From positions 1 through 40,176 of IMG/VR virus record IMGVR_UViG_3300019874_000001: 40,176 nucleotides of DNA; one strand, written 5' to 3'. The notes beneath the pieces were generated by a model that was not told the DNA's origin, made no database searches, and saw only the letters and a list, made by a program, of their open reading frames with translations. Of the stretch, positions 1 to 7,960 are shown piece by piece. This DNA comes from a virus (Duplodnaviria; Caudoviricetes). Each line of letters begins with the position of its first letter. Within the stretch, counting starts at the first letter, position 1. A program made the position numbers and the translations under genes.

Positions 1-127
1 GCGTATCTATAAATTGATATAATACACTATTGGGATCTTGAGGATTTGGTCCACTGCTCATATTTACCTATTTACGTAAATTTACTCTATCGTATAAATA
101 TATATTAACAAAGAGAAACACTATGCC
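1..127. repeat. Terminal overlap, identical to 40050..40176 (circular contig)
   Basis: Exact 127-bp identity between the contig ends; the length matches a common assembler k-mer, and the gene at 39667..40110 runs through it. Confidence 0.95.
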
Positions 128-266
128 TAAAGCCTTATATGAAAAGACCATTCGCATCACTCCTAAACCTCCTAAGAAGGTTGGAATCATGCCTTCGTAT
201 AGCGATGGCCAGAAGCAAGCTAAAGTAGATAAGCCTAAGAGCTTGACTCCTCTAAAGAAAAAGTAG
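123..266 (+). CDS. Small Lys/Pro-rich basic protein (47 aa, MPKALYEKTIRITPKPPKK...)
   Basis: Translated by hand; ATG at 123 after a purine-rich stretch, divergent from the FCCH-domain gene. Confidence 0.5.
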   Translation: MPKALYEKTIRITPKPPKKVGIMPSYSDGQKQAKVDKPKSLTPLKKK

Positions 267-468
267 GGTGTCTGTAAGTGACTCGAATATCTCCAGCTCC
301 CCATATCACAATTAACCCTTCGTCTCTATTTAAAGACTTAAGGATTTGTGTACATATATCTTCCATTCTCTCTTTACTATCATAGATATCTGCATTGATT
401 CGTACGCCTTGAGAGACGCTACCATCATCGAAGAACATCTGGGCCCATACTTGAATATCTTGCATCAT
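235..468 (-). CDS. Hypothetical protein
   Basis: ORF whose start overlaps the RNA ligase stop codon. Confidence 0.6.
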   Translation of the reverse strand: MMQDIQVWAQMFFDDGSVSQGVRINADIYDSKERMEDICTQILKSLNRDEGLIVIWGAGDIRVTYRHPTFSLEESSS

Positions 469-1442
469 TTCTCGTAGTTTAGGTTAATCACTTTAAAGCT
501 AATAGGCTTGCCATTGAGAAGATTCTCCCTAGAACGCACTACTACGCCTTCTCGTTGCTTGCCGTTGGCATACAAGCCCTCGCCTAAGAGTTCTACGCCA
601 TCACTAGACCACTTTTCGCCGCAGTCTACACACATGGCACATGGGAAGTCAATAGCATCTAAGAGCGCTATTAACTCTTCTGCAGTGAGATATCTATGCT
701 GAGAGATATCATATCCACTGAAGGCGAAAGCAGAAATCTCCTTAAGTCCCATTGGATTACTTTGTATCCCAGGTCCACAAGTTTCCCATTGAAGACATAT
801 GCCTTCAGGAAGCTTATTCTCTAAGTCATACTTTATAGCCATCTGCCAATATCCGTTATTCTCATCCCTTTCTAATTCCCAGTTTCTAGAACAGACCCCG
901 AACTTGTTTTTATACTTATAAGCACTTGAAGAGCTTCCATCGCACTTTTCTGTAATGTAGTAAGGTTTGCCTTTAAGTAATTCAATATACTCTTGCCCTT
1001 CAGCATTTTGGTAATTAGGCTCATCAGTCTTAGGCATAAATCCTGGAAACTCTCCTACCATCTTGCCTTGAAGATTTGGAGGTACAGGCTTGTGATACTT
1101 AGTGACGTTATATACTCCAGTTAAATCACACCCTACATCAAACTCAAGCGTCTGCCAAGGGTAAGGCATGATAACTACTTCACTAGGCGCTCCCTTAAAC
1201 CTGCGCATCTTCACACGCCAGTTTGTAGCCTTCATGAAAGCCATATCTTCCCATTCAGGAAGCAATGCATCAGGCAGAAATACTACGCATTTGTCATTGA
1301 GAGTGAAATCAGCTTTTTTGACTACGCCTCTCCATTTCCCTCCTGCACCGCATATCACAGTAGCTGAGACAATGAAATCTGCATTGAGAATAGGCTGTAA
1401 ATCTGTAATTTTACCTACATAAACTAAACCTGTGTCGCTCAT
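465..1442 (-). CDS. ATP-dependent RNA ligase, Rnl2/DRB0094-like
   Basis: Motif I YITEKCDGSS, CSRN, motif IV EGVVVR, motif V SFKVINLNY; N-terminal domain (I..AD.I...V...W..VVKK) of DRB0094 type. Confidence 0.9.
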   Translation of the reverse strand: MSDTGLVYVGKITDLQPILNADFIVSATVICGAGGKWRGVVKKADFTLNDKCVVFLPDALLPEWEDMAFMKATNWRVKMRRFKGAPSEVVIMPYPWQTLEFDVGCDLTGVYNVTKYHKPVPPNLQGKMVGEFPGFMPKTDEPNYQNAEGQEYIELLKGKPYYITEKCDGSSSSAYKYKNKFGVCSRNWELERDENNGYWQMAIKYDLENKLPEGICLQWETCGPGIQSNPMGLKEISAFAFSGYDISQHRYLTAEELIALLDAIDFPCAMCVDCGEKWSSDGVELLGEGLYANGKQREGVVVRSRENLLNGKPISFKVINLNYEK

Positions 1443-1492
1443 ACTAATCCTTATAAGGGTCCCAGTCCCTCTCTTTATTGAGGCTAGAGATT

Positions 1493-1693
1493 TTATTTAT
1501 CTTCATGAGGATTTTCCTTACATGTTGATGGATTATATAAATGAGCTATCAGCTCTTGAGTTTGCCTAACGCTTATGCCTATAGGATCTCCATCTTTTTC
1601 AAGCATATGGATCTCATTGACTATGAGTTGACATAAGTCTTTAATAAACTTCTTTGAGCGCTCAGGAGGGTCATACCAGCATGTACAAGGCAT
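1493..1693 (-). CDS. Hypothetical protein
   Basis: ORF coupled (TAATG) to the SPFH gene. Confidence 0.6.
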   Translation of the reverse strand: MPCTCWYDPPERSKKFIKDLCQLIVNEIHMLEKDGDPIGISVRQTQELIAHLYNPSTCKENPHEDK

Positions 1694-2577
1694 TATTTTA
1701 TACCTTGGTTGTTTAAGCTAATGCCAAGTAAAGGCATTGCTCCTGAAGTGACTTGAGGCATCTTACCGTCCCACTTCTGTACACTCTGCCACTGAATGAG
1801 CTCTAGAGTGATAGACTTAGCTAGTACTAGATTCGCCTTAGCCTCCGCTTCTGCCTGGAGTATTGCACACTTCGCCTGTCCTTCGGCTTTAGCTACCTGC
1901 TTCTTGGCCTCTGCTTCAGCTTCTCTAAGCTCGTTCTCACGCTGTTGAGCCCTTTGCATCGCTTCTATCTTAGAGTTCAATGCTGCAATGACGGTGCTAG
2001 GGAAGTGAAACCGGCCAATGAGATATATTCTGCTTATCTCTATGCCAATCACAGACAAATCACTCCTCACATGCGACTCTACATCTTCAAAGAAAGACTC
2101 TTTGCCGGAATACAAGTCCTCTATCTTCGTCTTAGAAGCGGATTTATTAATAGCGTCCCGAATATAATTCCTGATGAAAACGTGTGTAATCTCATCCATC
2201 CCTCGTCTGTATCTTTGAAATATAAGAGGAATAAATTCAGGCTTAAGATGATAAGTAATCCCGATATCGGCAGATACTGCCATTCCCTCAGAAGTCTGGA
2301 AATTAAATCCCTCACGCTCCCCTTCCCAGTTGTCATTTTGTTCGAAGATTGGGAACTGATACACATTCTTCCATGGAGCGATCCAATGCATACCTACGTG
2401 TAGCTCTTTCGTCTCTACGCCTTTAGAATCCCCAAGCATATCAATCACTACGCCTACATATCCCGGAGATATCATCTTAAAGCACATACACCATGTTAGA
2501 AATAACACGATGCAAAGAAGCAGATAACCCTTAAACTTCCAAAAGAAGTCAAATATAGGAGTCTCATTTTTATACAT
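1693..2577 (-). CDS. SPFH/band 7/prohibitin family membrane protein
   Basis: N-terminal TM segment, PGYVGV...G.HW..PW motif, C-terminal AEAEA coiled coil and QKWDGKMP; start moved to ATG 2577 (RBS AAGGA) because the longer ORF overlaps the tRNA. Confidence 0.9.
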   Translation of the reverse strand: MYKNETPIFDFFWKFKGYLLLCIVLFLTWCMCFKMISPGYVGVVIDMLGDSKGVETKELHVGMHWIAPWKNVYQFPIFEQNDNWEGEREGFNFQTSEGMAVSADIGITYHLKPEFIPLIFQRYRRGMDEITHVFIRNYIRDAINKSASKTKIEDLYSGKESFFEDVESHVRSDLSVIGIEISRIYLIGRFHFPSTVIAALNSKIEAMQRAQQRENELREAEAEAKKQVAKAEGQAKCAILQAEAEAKANLVLAKSITLELIQWQSVQKWDGKMPQVTSGAMPLLGISLNNQGIK

Positions 2578-2595
2578 ACGGTCCTTTTTTGAATA

Positions 2596-2678
2596 TGCAG
2601 AAGGATGGAATTGAACCATCGACCTCAAGGTGGACAATCATGAAACCACCCTGTGCTCTACCGCTGAACTACCTCTGC
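2596..2678 (-). tRNA. Atypical tRNA-like gene with expanded anticodon arm (CAU within the loop; Met/Ile-like, uncertain)
   Basis: Acceptor GCAGAGG/CTTCTGC plus A discriminator; D arm GTTC-AGCGGTA-GAGC; T arm GATGG-TTCAATT-CCATC; anticodon stem CAGGG/CCTTG encloses 18 nt instead of 7; no encoded CCA. Confidence 0.8.
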
Positions 2679-2881
2679 AATTTATATAACGTTACCATCT
2701 TAATGCAATCCGAGACGATTTGTCCTTCATCAGTAAGCAGTAGCTGTTGGCTATGCAACTTATTCCAAGCATCTATGAATTCAGACCCAGTAGCGAGTTC
2801 TTTATACGCTTCACCAAAGGCCCACAGTCCGAATTCATTTACCTCATCTTCTGATCCTTGAGATTTCCAGAAATCAATCAT
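2669..2881 (-). CDS. Hypothetical protein
   Basis: ORF in a tightly packed minus-strand run. Confidence 0.55.
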   Translation of the reverse strand: MIDFWKSQGSEDEVNEFGLWAFGEAYKELATGSEFIDAWNKLHSQQLLLTDEGQIVSDCIKMVTLYKLQR

Positions 2882-3080
2882 TATTAACTATTTCCGATAA
2901 AGGAGTCACTAACACCTGCATCTTAGAATTATCAGTGATACCCATCCCTTCGATCTCTATGAACTTAATGCACGGGATGATAGTAGATAATATCCCTAGA
3001 TCCTGCTGACCTATCACCAATAGGTAAAGCTTAGACTTAGGGATCTCTGAAGGGACTATTGGTGTAATATCTTCACTCAT
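2874..3080 (-). CDS. Hypothetical protein
   Basis: ORF overlapping both neighbours. Confidence 0.6.
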   Translation of the reverse strand: MSEDITPIVPSEIPKSKLYLLVIGQQDLGILSTIIPCIKFIEIEGMGITDNSKMQVLVTPLSEIVNND

Positions 3081-3385
3081 TCTTTATCCTTACATTTTTG
3101 AGCGGTTTTCTTATATTCCAAAAGTTCTAGCTTTTCTTTGATCTCTTGAACCTTTTTGTATCTTGTTACAAATGCTTCCATGTTGCAGACCATCCAGTCC
3201 ATAGAGGAATCTAGATCTTCTTGTTCTTCTTTAAGGCTTTGTCTATAGATTTTCTCTAGCTGTTCAATTTCTTCCTTAAAATCTTCATCACTCACGTTAA
3301 ATCCTTTGTAATATTTATGTTTCTGGACAAAAGAAGCCTTGTATTTATCAAACGCTCCTACATCACAAAGCCATTTATAAGTCAT
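3077..3385 (-). CDS. Hypothetical coiled-coil protein
   Basis: ORF with GGGGA RBS. Confidence 0.6.
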   Translation of the reverse strand: MTYKWLCDVGAFDKYKASFVQKHKYYKGFNVSDEDFKEEIEQLEKIYRQSLKEEQEDLDSSMDWMVCNMEAFVTRYKKVQEIKEKLELLEYKKTAQKCKDKE

Positions 3386-3445
3386 AATCCCCCAAAGTAA
3401 AGGTTAATTTACATAAATGAGTCTTTTTTCTCAAAGACTTTTGGC

Positions 3446-3619
3446 TTATAGATCAATTTGCTCTTGAATGCTTAGGATTTTCTTCTTAAGTGTCCTTGTC
3501 CTATTGCTTTTACATGCAGGACATGAGCCATGATTTCTGCAAGAGGCATCTATAGCCTTAGATTTACGATATGCCTTCCTTTTCTCTTTGCCTGAAGCGA
3601 TTGCTTTATCTAGGCTCAT
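3446..3619 (-). CDS. Small Cys/His protein (57 aa, MSLDKAIASGKEKRK...SCRNHGSCPAC)
   Basis: Hand translation; CRNHGSCxxC resembles a recurrent phage hypothetical family. Confidence 0.7.
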   Translation of the reverse strand: MSLDKAIASGKEKRKAYRKSKAIDASCRNHGSCPACKSNRTRTLKKKILSIQEQIDL

Positions 3620-3728
3620 TTAAATCCGAATCCCAAGGTCTTCTAGTCTCAAATCTATGCTGCATTATGCTTTTTATTTCTTCCATTTCCATCAACTATC
3701 TTTGAGCCGCACATATCACAGTTATCCA

Positions 3729-3842
3729 TTATCCCAACCTCTCCGGCCATGCAGGGCCATTCGGTCCTTTCGGAGGCTTAGGAGGATAATTGTCAGGTAT
3801 CGCAGGCATGTTCACTAACATCAGGCATAGCAGTATAATCAT
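3729..3842 (-). CDS. 37-aa peptide with hydrophobic N-terminus and Pro-rich tail
   Basis: Hand translation MIILLCLMLVNMPAIPDNYPPKPPKGPNGPAWPERLG; GAGGA RBS, ATGA-coupled to the upstream gene. Confidence 0.45.
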   Translation of the reverse strand: MIILLCLMLVNMPAIPDNYPPKPPKGPNGPAWPERLG

Positions 3843-4009
3843 TTATCCTCTTTAACCTCTTTCATCTTCCAGAATCTATCGCATGTATTATCTATATATG
3901 GTGGAGTTACGAAGTAGCTTTGTAAGTACTCATCAGGCTTTGCTTTATATCTATAACATTGCTCTTTTAAAGGACAATCGTCACCTCTACACATCGTTAT
4001 ATCAGGCAT
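3839..4009 (-). CDS. Small Cys-rich protein (56 aa, MPDITMCRGDDCPLKEQCYRY...)
   Basis: Hand translation; DITMC..CP.K..CYRY resembles a recurrent phage hypothetical family. Confidence 0.7.
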   Translation of the reverse strand: MPDITMCRGDDCPLKEQCYRYKAKPDEYLQSYFVTPPYIDNTCDRFWKMKEVKEDK

Positions 4010-4244
4010 TCTTATACACCACTATAGGCTCCTCTGGTGGACCACCCTTAATAAACTCATGAAGTTGACTTACGTTTCTATAGCTTCTTTGCATTAGCCT
4101 TTCAGCTTCGTCTTCAGGTAATTTATCTATATATATAAACCTATGTATATCCACCATAAGCCCTGCACATAGCGTACATACCGTGTTAGGATCTTGCTTT
4201 AGAAGATACTCACTCATCTTCTCTACTACTTCAAAGTTCTCCAT
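4002..4244 (-). CDS. Hypothetical protein
   Basis: ORF in packed run. Confidence 0.6.
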   Translation of the reverse strand: MENFEVVEKMSEYLLKQDPNTVCTLCAGLMVDIHRFIYIDKLPEDEAERLMQRSYRNVSQLHEFIKGGPPEEPIVVYKNA

Positions 4245-4276
4245 AACACCCCATTAATATCTCATGCAAACCGCTC

Positions 4277-4582
4277 TTAGGACTCCATGCGTCTAAATGT
4301 GCAAGTAGTTCCTGAATTCGATGGCAGGGATCTTTTCGTCTTTGCTTTAATTTTTTCCCTATACTCATCTTCTTCTTTCTTCTTCCGCTCATACATCTCC
4401 TTAAAGCGTGTAAGTAAATCATTGAACTCTCTTTGCTTGCCTAAGCATTTCCTAAACTTCTTTATAGCTTTAGCCTGTAGCTCTTGACATCTTAGGTCTA
4501 CTCTTTCCAGATATGTCATCAAGAGGTATTTGTTAAACTTAAACCTAATCTCTGGTGGCGATATAGTAATAGTCTCAATCAT
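4277..4582 (-). CDS. Hypothetical basic protein
   Basis: ORF in packed run; competing ORF 4231..4422 in another frame. Confidence 0.45.
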   Translation of the reverse strand: MIETITISPPEIRFKFNKYLLMTYLERVDLRCQELQAKAIKKFRKCLGKQREFNDLLTRFKEMYERKKKEEDEYREKIKAKTKRSLPSNSGTTCTFRRMES

Positions 4583-4661
4583 TTATCATCAACATTATAG
4601 CAGCTCCTATAAGCATACCTGACAGTAAAAACGCTATTGCATAAGTCCCTAAAGTAACCAT
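4575..4661 (-). CDS. 28-aa single-TM peptide
   Basis: MVTLGTYAIAFLLSGMLIGAAIMLMIND; strong RBS GGAGG. Confidence 0.55.
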   Translation of the reverse strand: MVTLGTYAIAFLLSGMLIGAAIMLMIND

Positions 4662-4716
4662 ATTCCTCCGTTGCCTAGCTTGTTAACTTCTCTCTAAGCC
4701 TTGAAGAACATATCAC

Positions 4717-4878
4717 TTATTTCTTTAAGATCTCATCAACAATCTCTGCCACTGAGGTATCACGCTTCATCGCTAGCCGTATACATTCATCTATACCCCT
4801 GGATCTTCCAAGATCATAAAACGCTTTTAACATAAGCGCATTAGCAACCAAATATCCTAGAAGTACTACATATATCAT
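4717..4878 (-). CDS. 53-aa single-TM peptide
   Basis: MIYVVLLGYLVANALMLKAFYDLGRSRGI...; AAGGA RBS, ATGA coupling. Confidence 0.55.
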   Translation of the reverse strand: MIYVVLLGYLVANALMLKAFYDLGRSRGIDECIRLAMKRDTSVAEIVDEILKK

Positions 4879-4991
4879 TTTATATCCTTAAGCTTCTTCT
4901 CCACTATAGCTGTAGCAATCTGCAATCCCCTGCGTATACCAAGACGGTAAAACCCTATAGCAAAGATCAGTATCCCTACAGTCCATATCAT
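4875..4991 (-). CDS. 38-aa single-TM peptide
   Basis: MIWTVGILIFAIGFYRLGIRRGLQIATAIVEKKLKDIK. Confidence 0.5.
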   Translation of the reverse strand: MIWTVGILIFAIGFYRLGIRRGLQIATAIVEKKLKDIK

Positions 4992-5292
4992 TAGCCTAGC
5001 CTACACATCTCTATTTTTTTGGTAAAGTTTTTTTATCCGCTAGTGAGGTAGGGTATTTTTATAGAGGAGGCTTAGCTCTAGAAGATTCGTGTCAGGTTCT
5101 GGAATTATTTTATTTGGATTTGGGACTCTCTTTGGAGGAGGGATAGAGATATAGATCTCTCTAGTACCGGTACTGTCTAAGGTTTCACTTCTTAACATTC
5201 CTAGCTTTCTGGCTTTAGATGGTACCTTGGTGAGCTGTATTGGTATCTTGTAACTACATGTTCAAGCTGTTACTTATGGAAGTGCCTCTACA

Positions 5293-5712
5293 CTATGATA
5301 GAGGCTTGGTCTTTGAGACTATGAAGTCGAATGCAGCTGTGGCTATATCCTTAGCTGCGTTCTTAGCTTCGTCTTGGTCGTAGCCTCTATGCTTACCTTG
5401 TGTCTTAAGCAAGAAGAGCTGTAGAGTTGTATCATTTGAATCTATAGCTCTTTCGAATACTGAAGCTTCTAATTGATCAATCTGTCTTTCTCTTTGATCT
5501 TTGAGCAATTGTTGTAACTCTGAATCTTTATCAACAAAGTTACGTATAGCCCCTCTACTAGATCCAATCGCATCAGCAACCCTAGATAAGTTACCCGAAT
5601 GACATATAATAAGCTTCTCAATTTGATTTTTATCAAATGGAATCCCCGGTCTAGGGTGTTTAGCTTTTTCACCGATCTTATTACCTTTCTTAACAGATGG
5701 AAAGCCGGCCAT
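5293..5712 (-). CDS. terS: Probable terminase small subunit (HTH)
   Basis: HTH (GNLSRVADAIGSSRGAI), then LEASVFERA and DTTLQLFLLKTQGKHRGY, typical of one TerS-like family. Confidence 0.7.
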   Translation of the reverse strand: MAGFPSVKKGNKIGEKAKHPRPGIPFDKNQIEKLIICHSGNLSRVADAIGSSRGAIRNFVDKDSELQQLLKDQRERQIDQLEASVFERAIDSNDTTLQLFLLKTQGKHRGYDQDEAKNAAKDIATAAFDFIVSKTKPLS

Positions 5713-5805
5713 AATTCCTTAGTGAAGTAGAGTTCAATAATACAATAAATCTAAGCCCCTACCTCAGAGCCGGTAGGTGGCTATGTTCAAGACTGATTAT
5801 AATCA

Positions 5806-5834
5806 ATCATGGGAATTAGGCCTATTTATGTCAA
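5806..5834 (-). promoter_or_regulatory. Sigma70-type promoter for terS
   Basis: TTGACA-17-CATGAT; perfect palindrome TGATTATAATCA at 5794..5805 lies over the expected start site. Confidence 0.5.
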
Positions 5835-5884
5835 CTATTTTCTTGAATACCTGGGGAGAACGCAAATAAACTAACTACTTACCC

Positions 5885-5914
5885 TTGACTTATAATCTTA
5901 TCAAGTGATATAGT
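5885..5914 (+). promoter_or_regulatory. Sigma70-type promoter of the rightward early operon
   Basis: TTGACT-18-TATAGT with extended -10 TGn. Confidence 0.65.
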
Positions 5915-6013
5915 ACATTACATAAGCAAAGAACGTGCGGTAACGGTAGAGAACACCACTCTATGTACAGTGTAAATACTAGTAGGGCTTATATAACAAC
6001 TAAAGAGAGCTAT

Positions 6014-6232
6014 ATGAACAAAGACTTAAGCGATTTAACACCTCAACTAATTGGGCTAGAAGGCTGGAGAGTGGAGGCTATCACTACCTATAACGAAAAG
6101 AGAAGATTTATTGTGGGTAGATCATGCGGTATTAGACCTATTCACTTAGAGATTTTAACTAAAAGATCTTTAGGGGGTAACGGCGCTGAAAAAGTATACC
6201 TAGAAGTTAAAAGAATAGAGCAGGTGAGATAA
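6014..6232 (+). CDS. Hypothetical early protein
   Basis: ORF 5963..6232; ATG 6014 preferred (AAAGAGAG upstream). Confidence 0.65.
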   Translation: MNKDLSDLTPQLIGLEGWRVEAITTYNEKRRFIVGRSCGIRPIHLEILTKRSLGGNGAEKVYLEVKRIEQVR

Positions 6233-6507
6233 TGCGATACACAAAATCAGAAGTCCTAGGCATGTTTAAACGCCTCATAAAAGCCCTATCTAAGGCTAAC
6301 CCTAACTTAGACTCTACTAAGTATAATCTCGACTACGTGAGCCATTATGGGGGCTATGTAATAGAACAGGCTATGAATGATAGTGCTGGTATAGATCATC
6401 CTATGGGCTGTATGCGCAGAAGCTCGAAAGAAATGTATTTAAGTATGTACATGACAGCTCAAGCATTAGAGAATTTACGTAACACTTTTACAGGAGCTAA
6501 CACATGA
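6232..6507 (+). CDS. Hypothetical early protein
   Basis: Coupled ORF with GAGCAGGTG RBS. Confidence 0.7.
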   Translation: MRYTKSEVLGMFKRLIKALSKANPNLDSTKYNLDYVSHYGGYVIEQAMNDSAGIDHPMGCMRRSSKEMYLSMYMTAQALENLRNTFTGANT

Positions 6508-6824
6508 AAGACCCTATTACTACAAAACTAGAAGATTTTGGCTTTATCGAAAGAGAAGCCCTTATCGGGATTCTACAAGCATGGAATAGAAACGGCTTAC
6601 CAGCAGAATTTGACGCTTGGGGAGTTACGGTTATGTTTAACAGAGATAGCGGATGCGTATTTCTTACTAACGACGAATGTCAAACCGCTATGATTACAGA
6701 TTCTATCATGCACAATGGCACTCTCGAGCTATGGCACAATTGCCGTGAATGCGGACATGAAGGCTTTGAAGAAGATTGCCTACTAAATGATAACGGCTGC
6801 AATGAATGCACAGGAGAAAAATAA
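6504..6824 (+). CDS. Hypothetical protein with C-terminal CxxC Zn ribbon
   Basis: AGGAG RBS; CRECGHEG and CNEC. Confidence 0.7.
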   Translation: MKDPITTKLEDFGFIEREALIGILQAWNRNGLPAEFDAWGVTVMFNRDSGCVFLTNDECQTAMITDSIMHNGTLELWHNCRECGHEGFEEDCLLNDNGCNECTGEK

Positions 6825-6883
6825 TGAAAGACTTTGACGACATGAATATATACGACATAGCTTCAGTACTGAGGAGCGAATAA
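6824..6883 (+). CDS. 19-aa coupling peptide
   Basis: MKDFDDMNIYDIASVLRSE; AGGAG RBS and TAATG overlaps at both ends. Confidence 0.45.
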   Translation: MKDFDDMNIYDIASVLRSE

Positions 6884-7239
6884 TGATAACCAATGATTTG
6901 ATAATTACAATGTTAGCAACGGGCTATATTTCGGCTGCGTTATTCGCAACTACAGATCAAAACCAAGATCCCTTAGATGATCGCTTCGGGCCTGAAGATA
7001 TAGACCGCGCTTCTTTTGATCTAATAGAAAGCGATTGCACTCAATTTCTTGCACTACTTCCTTTTGATATCAATGATTTTGATATCGAGCAAGTAGGAAT
7101 GGATTTTTACTATACTACCGCCGGGCATGGAGTAGGTTTCTTTGATAGAGGCTACAAACCGGAAATAGCAAAAGAACTCGATAAAATTGCTAGAATGTTT
7201 AATCAGCGTAACTTTTACGCCTCAATAGGATGTGAATAA
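6883..7239 (+). CDS. Conserved acidic phage/plasmid early protein
   Basis: G.DF..T..GHG.GF.DRG motif seen in mobile-element hypotheticals; GAGGAG RBS. Confidence 0.7.
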   Translation: MITNDLIITMLATGYISAALFATTDQNQDPLDDRFGPEDIDRASFDLIESDCTQFLALLPFDINDFDIEQVGMDFYYTTAGHGVGFFDRGYKPEIAKELDKIARMFNQRNFYASIGCE

Positions 7240-7484
7240 TGAATGATGATATCGAACATTTAGACAAAATGACTAATGAAATGGGGAGGGCTATCCTTCC
7301 CATACTTAGGAGAACTAAAACCGACTTGCTTCCTGAAGCTTTATCAATGTTTTTCGGAGCCACGGCCTATGCAACCTCTAAGGTATTTGTAAAGCTTAGC
7401 GACATAGGCCAACGCGAAATCGCTTTATCCATGCTTAAAGAGGCAATTGAAATGTTAGAACTAAAATTCAAAGATGATTCATAG
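7239..7484 (+). CDS. Hypothetical protein
   Basis: Coupled ORF. Confidence 0.65.
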   Translation: MNDDIEHLDKMTNEMGRAILPILRRTKTDLLPEALSMFFGATAYATSKVFVKLSDIGQREIALSMLKEAIEMLELKFKDDS

Positions 7485-7495
7485 GAAGATTAAAA

Positions 7496-7741
7496 ATGTT
7501 TATAGACCATAAAAGAGTAACTAATTTATCTACTGAATTTTGTTTAGCGTTAGCTCCTCTGATTGCCTCGAATGATCCTAAAGAAACCGCTGCGGCTTTA
7601 CCGATATTCTTCGCCAGGACTCTCGGCGCTTTTATGAATTGTACCGGCATGAACGAAGGAGCTAAGGAGGAATTCTTAGAGCTTTCGATGGATTGTATTA
7701 ACGACATAATGCAAGAATTTATCAAAAAGGGGCCTTTATGA
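7496..7741 (+). CDS. Hypothetical protein
   Basis: ORF in operon. Confidence 0.65.
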   Translation: MFIDHKRVTNLSTEFCLALAPLIASNDPKETAAALPIFFARTLGAFMNCTGMNEGAKEEFLELSMDCINDIMQEFIKKGPL

Positions 7742-7959
7742 AAATTAATGAATTAATGGAAAGTAATAGAAAAAAAGAACTAATAGCAATTTGTAGATTT
7801 ATTTGCACGTGCGATTGTGACGAATTAAGAACAATCATAGAGGAAATTAGATGCTTTCATGATAATTTGTTATGTTTTAATTCTACTACCGGGTCTTTAA
7901 GCAAAGTCGAAAGCGTTTGCATTAACGGCGAATGTTTACAACTAAATTTAGAGCCCTAA
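7738..7959 (+). CDS. Hypothetical protein
   Basis: ATGA-coupled ORF. Confidence 0.6.
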   Translation: MKINELMESNRKKELIAICRFICTCDCDELRTIIEEIRCFHDNLLCFNSTTGSLSKVESVCINGECLQLNLEP

Positions 7960-7960
7960 A

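Noticed and set aside
1-127. Biological direct terminal repeat
   Set aside because: The length equals a common assembly k-mer and the repeat cuts through a gene, so it is best read as circular overlap.
1693-2637. SPFH ORF start at 2637
   Set aside because: The first 20 codons overlap the tRNA; ATG 2577 has an RBS.
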